64,000 nt of DNA from positions 1 to 64,000 of the forward strand of contig JAUCBJ010006704.1 in assembly GCA_032718475.1 (NCBI GenBank), written 5' to 3'. The notes below the pieces were generated by a model that worked only from the letters and a program-made list of their open reading frames with translations, searched no databases and was not told the origin of the DNA. Below are positions 24,101 to 36,100 of the stretch, in pieces (the stretch's first letter is position 1; each line of letters starts with the position of its first letter). This DNA is from Nemertoderma westbladi. Taxonomy: Eukaryota; Animalia; Xenacoelomorpha. The position numbers and the translations under genes were made by a program.

Positions 24101-27100
24101 AGCACAGGAGTGACTTTGGGAACGACAGGCCTAATTACTTCAGGCTCATCGACTATAGTAGGGAGTCTTTTGACCTGAATAAATTGTTCTATGGGTTCTA
24201 CACTACCTAAGTCTGTGCTAGTTAGTTGTCTTTTAACAGCTGGGGGCAAATCAGGCAATTTGTGACGGTAAGATGTTTTTCTACGCCTGCTTAGACGAGA
24301 TCTATTTCCTCCGCCTTCAGGATCGGTGGTTTCGCTTTCCTCCGATGAAGTATAGCCCTGGCATTTGGGAGTAGATTTTCTCATTATCTGCATGTGACTA
24401 GCAGTTAACTGTTTATTTATGTTGTCTTGCGTCTCTTGCAGCTTCTCCAACTCCAGTTGGGTAGTCTGCTCAGACGCTCTCCGTTCTGCTTCTGCTACTG
24501 CCTTTTTCGCCCTTGCTTCTGCTTCTGCCATGGCCGCCTTTGCTTCTGCCGCCGCTGCCTTTGCTTCTGCCGCCGCTGCCTTTCTTTGTATTTCTACTTC
24601 TGCCCTTGCTGCTGCCTCCTTTCTTTCTGCTTCGGCTTCTGCCATGGCCGCCGCCCTTTGTTCCTCTATCCGTCTTTTCTTTACTTGTTCTTCTTGGACT
24701 CTAACGAGGCGGAGTTTTTCATCAAATTTAGCTTGGTTTGCAGCTAACATTTCCGCATCGATTGCGTCCAACACAAGCTTGGTTCCTTCACTATTAGGGC
24801 GAAGTCCAGACAGTCGTCTCCTCAACTCTTCGTCTCCTATGAATCGCTGATAGTCTGACAGATAGATGTCAATGGCGTCTCTAGTTCGCGGCTTTTCTGC
24901 TGATGTTAATTCGCTTTCCACTTCGCTTTCCACTTGAGAAGAAGTGGCGTCGGTTGATTCTTCATAGGTTGGCCGTTCATCATAAACCGTATCCACCATC
25001 TTCGCTCCGCGTTCGGGTGTCCGCTCAGCAGTATCCAAACTACTGGAGCTATCGGGCCGCTGAGAACTAGGTTCTAGGCTAGGATGTTGCTGCTGTTTGA
25101 CAGCTGCTTCTTGATCCCGCTTGACTTGGGCCCGAGTACCGATGATAGACCTACGTTGTTCTACTAGCCTAGGGTCTGACACTACTACTGTAGGGATGGC
25201 CTTTTTGACAATAGTAGGTGACTTAGACTTGGATCTAGGATGTTCTAGACTTGGATCTGGGTCATTGATCTTTTTAAGACACTGTCTAACAGTCATTCTA
25301 ACACTTTCTAAGAGACTATCCGACAGTGATTGGGTTGTGTCTGACATGTTTGTTTACACAATTGAATGCCTACGGCTATAAATACAGTTAAAGCAAGTCT
25401 AGCAATTCAGTATCACTGTTAGCCTAATAATTAATTACCGATACTGCTACTCAGTGTAGCGTGATATATATATAATATATTAGAATACCGGTATGCTTAT
25501 AGTATATATATAAGTATTATTACAGACTAGGTTTGTCACAGAGTACCGGTATATAAATTTAGCACAAATATATATAAATATATAATAGGCCTATCGTGAA
25601 TACCGGTATACAGCCTACACTTATAGTATATATAAGTATAATTATGAACTAGAATTAATTACAGAATACCGGTATGATTTCAGCTAAAATTTATAGAAAT
25701 AAATATAATAAGCCTATGGCAAATACCGGTATGTCAATTATTTTAGAATAATTGAATTTCTGAATATTTAGGGTTACTTGGTTACTTTAACTTACTTTGT
25801 TACCGTTATTTAAGCAGTAGTCCAACTGATTTTGAGACCTAGTTGTTGTATGGCAGGCCTACTACTTATAAATCGTTTGAGTTGATTTATAATATATATA
25901 TACCCGTTAAAAGGGTTTTGTCTATATTTGAAATAAATGTTATTATTTCTGGGGGAGTCACTACACAGAAGCTGTGCGCTCTCAGTGAAGTGCTATTTAT
26001 GGGACACTAAAACAGATAATTCTAATTTACCTAAGTTACTTAATACTACAAATTACTTACGATATGGGTGAGATTAAATCTCTAATTAAACACAACAAAA
26101 ATATTACGTACGAAATTTTTAGGGTAATTTTACAGGAAGTCTACAAACCAGCCTAACAAAGGGTTAGAATTCTGGTTATTACAACGGACAGGGTACTACG
26201 GTATTTGAAACAATAAGTAGTAGTAAATATATTGCACTGTCCAGATAGGAAAATACCACCGCCTGACGACCTATAACCGTATCGCTATAGGTACTACGTT
26301 ATGTATCACGGAGTGTTCCTACCTAGAAGTTAATTACCGCGGACTACCAGATCCAGCGTGCCTATTAACCACTTTACAACACAAATTACCGCCTACACAC
26401 TAATTACTTCGGGAAGCACTGTACACTAAACCCTAAATTAGGTACAAGTAGTGGTACAACAAATAATCAGTAGTTAAATATACTTGAACAGTTAAAAGAA
26501 CCACGGCATCTGCTGGAGTGACCAGAGCACAAAGTCACCAGTCTTGTCCTACGCCAAGCAGCCCGTGTAGTACCGGGTTAATTTAACTATAACGGTATGT
26601 GTAACAAACACAATTACTGTAGGAATAAACTTGGGGACATGAATGTTGCGAATAATCGCATAAACTCTGAATAATAAATATTACGCTACCCGTACAGAAT
26701 ACTCAAACAAAATACAAACCAAACGCTGGCAGACTACCACCAAGCCTAAATAAACTACTGTATGTGCAGATTCCAAAACGGTTAGTTAGTATGCGTTCTA
26801 ACACGGTAGTACGACTTATTCTTTAAGAGGGGATTGACCTTACAGTTATGACTGCCCCAACTTACTAACTGGCACTTTATCAGACAAACTCTACACAAGC
26901 AGCAATCTCTTCAGACCTAATAATAGCTAGACAACAATCCAGCCTACAAAATATCTGAGTAATAACTATTACGGTATCTGAACAGACTACACAAACAAAC
27001 ACAAGCCAAAACGCTGGCAGAATACTGTCAAGCCTAAATAAACTACAGTATGTGCAGATTCCAAAATTGTTAGTTAGTATGCGTTCTAACACGGTAGTAC

Positions 27101-30100
27101 GACTTATTCTTTAAGAGGGGATTAACCTTACAGCAATGGCTGCCCCAACTTACTAACTGGCACTCTATCGGACAAACTCTACACACGCCGTAATCTCTCC
27201 AAACTCAACAACAATCAGACAGCAGCTAAGCCTACAATTATCTGAACAATCTGAGCAGACTTACACGTCTTCAGCTCAATATTAACTTACTAGTAAATAA
27301 ATCCGACAGAAATGAGTAAAATCTCAATAAAAAACCAGGGCTGCAGTCCCTGATTAAATACTAAGACCTACCGGTATACAATAATCAAAATCGAATAATA
27401 CTAATGTACTTATACTGGAAGTACCGGTTAGGACAGTTGGGCCTACGGACCTACAGAAGTACCGGTTCTGGCAGTTGGACCTACGGACCTACGGCAGTAC
27501 CGGTTCTGGCAGTTGGGCCTACTGACCTACAGAAGTACCGGTTCAGGTTTACCGGTTGACCGGTACTTTCAACTTTATTGCTTACTGCAATAAAGTCAAT
27601 AACTGTTATTGTACGCGCTTTTGAAGACCTTTAGCAGTTTAACCTGCCAAAATTTATATGTCTTTTGATTCATAAATATACTTTAGAAGATGACAAATAT
27701 TTAATACCAATAAACACAACATTAGCAGAAGCCAGCCTAGTGCACGTCCATTCACCCGCTGGATAATCCCGGGAGACTGGATTCTGTCGGCTTAGATTAT
27801 TATTGCAGTGAAGCTTACGGTATTGTATTATTCGATTGATCGTTAATAATTAATTTCTGACTAATATTATTCACTTTCGGGAAATATTAACCGTTCCTTT
27901 AGGACGTGGCGCTCTATCTAAGTAAACAGAGCTATGACTTATACTAATCACAACGGTAAGTCGGTAAGGCTTATGATTCACGTATGAGGCGCATTCTTTA
28001 GGAAATGCTTAGTTATCAGCCACAATCATGCACACTATCAGTAACACACAATACTGCTCACTAATTTGCCGACCGTCAATGAATTTTATCATATATAAAG
28101 AGAATAGCAACGGACCAATGTAGTGCTTATCAAATAGCATTAAATTCAATACACACCACAATAATATAAGTCGCAATCGCTATAAATATAACCCGCCTCT
28201 CTAACCTGTAGTGTATCAAGAAAATTGGGAAATTTGGGTTCTTTATAAATGTTCTCCAGATAATATTCAATCAACTGATATAAAATATGACAACAGTAAA
28301 AACATTAAGACGGTAGGTTAAGATATGATATGAAACAACAGTGATATGCACTGATGTGGACCGATATCAGTTATACGCTCTATAATCTTAAGCCTACTAA
28401 TGTTTCTTCTAAAGTATGAAACGAATTAACTCTAGAGCCGGTGTTTCTGGCTTAGACAGCAATAACAACAAAGTATCAAGTAAAAACAGTAAGACTGAAC
28501 ACTCTCCTTATGATCGGCCGAAAAGCTACACGTCGACAGGAAAAATCGCTCTGATTGGCTCAAGCCAAACAAAGAACCATGCGTCCAATGGCTGTTTCCA
28601 TGTCAGCAACCAGCTGTTAGATGTCGTAATATGAATCATCACGGCTAAGCTGTGAAAGGTATTTGGTGCATTGTAGGTTTTTTGCCTTACCATGTCCGCC
28701 AAAACACGTATATAGCAGAATGACTTTTATGTCCGTTAAAACACCTATAACGGTACCTTGCGGGCGAGGGGAATATATATACAATTAGAGAACCTTTTTA
28801 GAGTATTCCAGCGCCTGCGGGGAAACTGGATTGCGAAGCAAAGGGGCCAGTTATATCCCACAGAAGCTTTTACAGTCTGTATAATTTCAATTTGAATTAG
28901 TTATTCTGTGCCGTAAAATTATTTCTTGGAACAAATACGTCAATAAACATATATATATATAGGAGAATGAAAGATTAAAGGTTGAGATTGATTGATTGGA
29001 TTGCTCCTATTTTTACGATTTAATAACGTTTGTGAGAATATTATATTAATTTAATTATATTATATTATTATAGAATGTATTGTATAGAATGTATATAGAA
29101 TATATATATGTATAGAATATAATATATGTATAGAATGTATATCGAATGTACATAGAATGTATACAACGTATTTATTATTAATGTATCAAAAATTACTCTA
29201 GAGTAGGTAATTTACTATACTTGAGGACCGGAGACTGGAGACATACAAATTGTAAGTATGTATTAATTAATTTTAACGATATCAAATTGGTGAACCTATT
29301 ATTTGTTCTAGAATATTTTGATGGGGAGTGGAATATTGGTTCAATAATATTAGTATATTTTATTAGTTCATAGAATAATCTTATATACTCGGCACTGCAT
29401 GACAGCTGCGCAGTGAGATGCTAAGCAGGCTTAACAAATAAATATATCCACCACATGCATGTAGTCTACAATTGGCTTGCAGTGATGCAGCCTGCATTAA
29501 GAATGCTATGCCGGCTTGTCGAGAAAGTTGCGCCTCCACACCTGACTTTCGCGATATTATCCGCATGTTCAAGGCCAGTTTCCTTTAAGAGGCGTCTTAA
29601 GTCATGGGCAGTAATGAACCTTGCCTATTTACACCATGGGGCTGCCAAAACACAATATTGAGCAAAGCCTGGTCTTTGCGGCTAAAACAATGTCCTGCCA
29701 ATCGGAGGTGGTTATGTTCAAGTTTCAAGCTTGGGGGGGGGGGGGATGAGTCAGAGTCATTTCCAATATTATATGATCTCTGGTTATCAGTAAACTACTT
29801 GACAAAAGATAATTTTATTATATGAATGATACTCACCATCCACATTCCACTTTTATACTGGACACAGCGTTCTCAGTTTCAGTTCTGTCAAAAGTTCCCA
29901 CATCTGTGTCGCCATTTACAGTCATTTTGTATCCCTGGAAGTTTCGATCTGTGTAGAGAGTTATTTTTGGACTCGGGCAATCGCCAGACACTTCCTTCTC
30001 CAGAAGTTTTATTGAAGAAACAGCATCCCTACCCGGTGGGTAGAAAGCGTCCCAATATGGGTAGTACCCAGGGTTGAGTATTATTCTAGGTCCATTGAAT

Positions 30101-33100
30101 GTGTCCCTGAATAAAAAGAAAATTTTTGAGAAATCTAATTATTTAAATATTAAATTCCTTGGGGTAGGTTAAAACCCTAAAACTAAAATATTTAAAATTG
30201 AGAAATCACACTTTTTCTATAACATCGTAAGTAAAGAGATCTCTAGTAACACATTGCTCGTGGTTGATTCCCACTTTACTTTTGCTAACTTGGAACATGG
30301 CGTATTATTTTGCTTTCTTAGTAGAGCTTTTTCGATTTTCGAATTCGAGATTCCGTGTACGTACCGTACATCCCAGAAAACTCTTAAGATCACAAAAACA
30401 AGTTGATTTGGTAGTGATTTTTCATTATCAAACTTGCACTACTCGTTTCTTTCGTGGCCCACGGTGGTTCATACACCAAATTTATGTTATATTTTAATTC
30501 CATAATCTTGATCAACATCCAATAAAACTAAATATACCACAAATTTGTTTATTTTAGAATGCTACATAAATTTTTGCACAAAATATATTAGTGAAGTTTA
30601 AAAGAATGATACAAAAACAATAATATAAATTCCCGTTTGCGCTGTTGAATATCTCATACAATTTTAAGAAGATTCACGAAATCTCGATGTTTACAACAAA
30701 TCTGACGCATCAAACATCAACATCAAGATACTCAAGATACATATGAAATAAAAACAATTTCTAAAATGACACCCACTCCCTTTTTTTATGGAATAATGTT
30801 ACACCTGCCATTTAGTAGTACTAATAGTTATTGTTCTATTGTTGACACTTAATAATCGCTTTTGCATCCACTGTAGTTTACTTGTCAAGTTGTAGTATTT
30901 AGTTATTTTACCTAAACAATTCCCATTTTCCGGTACGAATGATTAAAGAATCTAGATTATTTTCCATTTTCCATGGACGCAAATCGCTGATCGAGTTTTG
31001 AGAAGAAACCCCCTCATCTGCGAAGTAAACACCTTGAAACATAATCAATCCACGCTGAAAAATAAAAAAAAAATATTTAATTTAACTTAATACCTTTAAA
31101 CCTATGCACAGTAGTTATTTTAATTTTATAATAGATAATAATTATTATATCTAACAAACTTTAAAAATATAATAGTTATAATTCGTTTTATTAAGTTAAC
31201 AATTGGGCTCTTTAGTGCATTAGAGAGCTAACCTAATGAGGAAGATGGCTGCCATCATTAGACAGACATTAGACAGTGTTTAGCCTACGGTAGTTGGCAG
31301 TGCAGTCTGCCAGTAGTCGTTGATAAGTTCGCAGATGGACGTCTGGTGTCTGGCTGTATGTCTACCTTGCCTATCAATGCAGCTTTGCATCGTGCAGCAC
31401 AATACTTTTTGCCGGAGCTCTTGCACCTAATTTGACCAGAGATGGACCGGAGCTGGAGATGCCAACTACTGCCTGAGTCAGATCCTTACCGTAGGCAGAT
31501 ATATGAAAATAATTGAGTCTCTGAGATTAATTCATTATTAGTAATTTCGGCTGTGGCAACGTCAGCACATCCTCAAAAACTAGAAATGTGAATTAATGAT
31601 GTTACGATGTGTAAGTCGACCTCAATGATCATCAATGGTACAATATGATTTATGCGTCACTCACTAACCTCTGTGATACGTGGCGCAACAGCGTCACCAC
31701 TAGATATTACATTATACATACAAATAACCATTAGTTGTAACACCTACCACCAGTTTAGTGGTGGTTTGAGCTCCTTTGCCCACCACCACCCCCATTCATA
31801 TAATCAAGAATAACATATGGAGCTTTGAATTCCGCATATATTATTATTATTAAACTAATAATCTTCAGACTGGCCCCCTATGTTGCCGGCCATCCACTAA
31901 ACTTTATATCCATCTAATTTTACATTTAATACCCGATAAACAAATATTATCTCTCTGGGCATAGTTAGAACCATGACGTGAATCGGCTCAAAATGCTCGT
32001 CTTTTCGAATTGGGTAGTGTGATGATAATTGGCTTCGCCACATCTTGTTTCTTCCACTCCATCCAACCATACCAATGCCCACTGGTGTAGGGGCTTTTGT
32101 TGTCTTGTCAATTTCCCTGGGCCCTGGGAAAAATTTCTTGTTGTTTGACCACAAAATTGTTTAGGTGAAAACTTATATTGGTCACTGAAAAACAAGTTCC
32201 GTAGTAGACTAATGACAGCTATCCAATGATTTGACTAGATACCAAAAGCAAGAATTTCCTAGTAGTATATATGTATATAATACTCACATTAGTATAGGGG
32301 GGGGGGGGGGGGGGGGGAAACTGGACGCAATAAAAATTCATCCCTCTCCCGGGGAAATTCGACGCAAATAAATGATGCTTACTCTCCAAAATAAAACTGT
32401 AACCTGTTCCATTGAGTTTAGTTTATTGTTTTGGTTAAAATAACGTGCCACTGTAACCTGCTCTTTTCCCTAAATTGAAATTTAACATTGAGGCGGGATA
32501 TTAATTCGCCAAGTCCTTACTGACTATATATTTAATATACATAACAAAATATTAAATTATCTTACAGGCGGTATAAAACGAATAAATGAAACTTTATCGT
32601 TTAGCTTGGTACTCCAACTTCCAGGTGAAGGATAAAGCCCAGGTTTCAGGATAACGTAATGACCACTCCTATGGTGTTCGTATAAAATCCAGGTACCACT
32701 GTAAATTCTGAAATATAAGATATGTAGGTGTACAAATTATAAAATTATTAATATGACATGCCAAACTGATATATATCTTGTATACCAAACTGCTAATATA
32801 TAATGTATCTTACTGCTACCAATATATAAATATATCGATACACACTACTACAACACAATCTGCAATAATTACTGGTTGATGTTCTTCACTTAGACTAGTC
32901 CATCGTAATAAAGATTGTGTCGGTAATATAAATAATAATAACATTAATTATTATTTATATAGCGCTGTTCTATGTGCTATAAAATAGTATACTAAAAACG
33001 ATTTTATTATTATTTCGCATTGGGGCTTTTTATTGGAAGTTGATAAGAAACTGGCCATGGCGTAGTGATTTCTCAGAAATGTTAGACTCAGCTTAGCCGG

Positions 33101-36100
33101 AAGTTTAGTTCTATTTTTTCCTACATTCCGATAGTTGCTCTTTATACAATAATCAAATATCTTAAATATAGATTCTAAGTTGTTATATGTGTTCATATAT
33201 TTGGGGAAACTGAAATATATCGAACGAGGATTCGATTCCTTAAGAAAAATAATAAGAAAACCGAAATCCCCATATCCCCATTTATTAGTTTTGACTATGT
33301 TACAATCAACAATTGTACTTTTGTGTACATGTTGAAGTAAATATACAAATATATTATTAATAATAATAATATATAAACTAACTTCAAGGATGAAATCTTG
33401 TCTTGCATTCCATTTTCAGAAAGCATACCATTGTGCACGTTTCCATAGTAAGTCAGGGCCTTTCCTTCATAATTGGGATGCTCAAATACTTCTATTTTCC
33501 CAAGTGCTCCATCTGTTTAAAGGATTTGCTCAGTGTTGATAAATTAAATTTGGATTTAATTAGCAGGGCCCATACAAACTTACATCATCTCCGACCACCA
33601 AAGTAAAAACGAACAAATAAATACAATGTATCGTACAAACTAAACAATTAGAAACAACCTAACTAATTAGAAACAAACCACCCTCTCACTCTGCATCTAA
33701 TCAGAGTGGGACTATCTGCTGAGAGTTGTCCCTACAACCAATGACGAGTTCGTCCCAATCTGGACTGCGCTCATCCATGATTATGTACCAGTAATTTTCG
33801 GTTTCCCAGTGCGTGGCGTGGAAGAGAAGTTATTATTACTCCTAGGGTCGGATTGGACTATGTGATCCTCGGATCCATCGAGAACTCGCAAGGAAAGCCT
33901 CGCTTGAGGGTACAGTGCCTTAGTCTCAAAGGTGATCCAGGATGGCACACCACTCCAAGTACCTGATCACATCGCCACTTTGAACCAAGCACTCAGGTCT
34001 TTCTGGAAGACATTGGAGTCCAGGTTTACCGAGAAGCGGGACAATGCACTGAGTGGTCTTTGAGGGTTGTGGCGGTGCACAATTGAACGGGCAGTCGATC
34101 ATAACTAACTAACTAACTGCTCAGCCTTCAATTCTAGACCACACAGACCTCAGTGCAGAGGAGTTCCATATAACCTAAATGGCCTTTTTCCTCCCACTCT
34201 GCCAGTGAGGTGCGAGGGTTGTGGAGGCGAGTTCTCCACTTCCCATGCTCTGAGCTGTAAGTCAGGAGGGATGATCATTAAATGCCATGATGAGATTTGT
34301 AGGGTATTTGGTGACCTGCTCGCATCCATAGAAGGGGCCTCATGCGTGGAACGCGAAGTAACCCTCGAATCTAAGTGGCCCCCACTTGGATAGGGATGGG
34401 ACTGCTGTCGGGGGTGTGACAGCTGTTTGGTTGCGTGGGGTGTGTGGGTTAACCAAAGGGTGGCGTCGTTTGAAGTTGCGATTATAAACGCGGATACCCT
34501 TGCAAACCGATCAACCGAATCACTTCTCGAGGAGCGCTGTTGGCATAAGAGCCGCTATTATCATTCCATCTGCGAAGAAAGGTGGATGTCGTTTACACCC
34601 CTCGTAGGAACCACAGGTGGCATATGGTGTCCGTAGACCCAAATACTAATAAAGCATATCACTGAGGTGCTCGTCCCCAAGCACCAGATGATGCGGGAAT
34701 GCAGACTACCCTGTGTGTTGGGAGGTGTACACTGCCAACTACAGTTTGCGCTTATGCGGTCGACGCCACTCTGCATCCGAGGAGGCCATAGATCCTGCCA
34801 AGGACTCGGGTTCACAGATGGCGCTGGTCTTCGTGGGTGAGACATCGAGGCCCAGTACTGAACATTGATAGAATATGAAATCCTAAATTACACAGTATAA
34901 TTCTTACATAATTAAAATCTACAGTTAATTCATCTGCTACGGTTGGATCTAGTTTATAAAATATTAATTATCTTCTAGATTGTTGTCGTTGATTGAATAA
35001 TCAAATAGAAGACTTTGTCAGCATTAAAAACAATAATGGAATGAGGTATGAGGAATACAGTTGTATAATTTTTAAGTCTAATTATTTAAATCTTATACTA
35101 GAAAATAGTTAATATCCTTATTAGAAACAAACAAACTAATTAGAAACAAATTAACCAATTAGACATAAACTAACCCGGTCCGTATAATGGTACTTCATCG
35201 CAGTTTATCCGCAATGATTGGACTTGATCATGGCCAACGGGTCTGATATCATCTACATAAAATCCGGGTTCAAGTCTAATTCTATTACCATGGAAATCGG
35301 AATCACTGTAAGTATGAATATTAAATTAATTTTTATTTTTCAATTTGTGCTATAAATACTATTTATTGCTCTCTAGATTTCACAGGTTCCAATTTGAAAA
35401 ATATTATTCTTTTATATACCATTTAGTTGTTTTAAACGGGAAATAAATCGAAATGGTGCCAATCAAATGTGGTGTACTTGAGGATCTAATGCCATGGTAA
35501 CCAAGGAACTATTTATATGACCATTTCATCCTCACATAAGTGTTCAGGGGAAGTCTTCAATAAATAAATTAAATTAAATTAATAAATAAACAACTATAAA
35601 ACACAAGTTGTAAACCTAAACCATAATATTAAATACGGTACAACTAATTATTATGCCACCAAATTCAGATGCAGTAGAATAATAGGATGTATAATACATA
35701 GTTAGTTTGATTTGATTGATTAAACGAAAAATTAAGTGATGGTAACATAAAAATATTTATTAAATAAATTTTCGGTAAACGTTTTTATATCTTTTCTGAA
35801 AAATGTATTCAATTAATTATATTATTTGAAGAGTTCCCATTGATACACTCACTAGTTGTATAAGATGAACAGAACTGTACTGTTACCATGGATACACTCC
35901 ACTAAAAATATATTACCTGAACAGTTCCCATGGATACGCTCCCGTGATAATAGCTGAACTGACTTTGTTATTAAACTTTCCTAAATCACGTCGACTATGA
36001 ACACCAGTATCTGGGTCATCTGCACTGATGATTTCGAAACGACCTTAAACGAAATGAAAATAAATTGAACATCTTTTTTTAATTGATGATGATGCGTATA

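Larger units (their letters stand above)
8511..28874 (-). mobile_element. Non-autonomous BEL/Pao-type LTR retrotransposon, 20.4 kb including the nested Gypsy
   Basis: TGTA...TACA termini; 5-bp TSD GTCTG at 8506-8510 and 28875-28879; direct LTRs differing by only about 5 substitutions over 1265 shared bp (by eye); purine tract GGGAGCGG on the minus strand at 11682-11689; BEL-type gag ORF. Confidence 0.92.

Noticed and set aside
24419-24850. Ala-, Cys- and Leu/Pro-rich plus-strand ORFs
   Set aside because: Antisense shadows of the repetitive coiled-coil region of the BEL gag.
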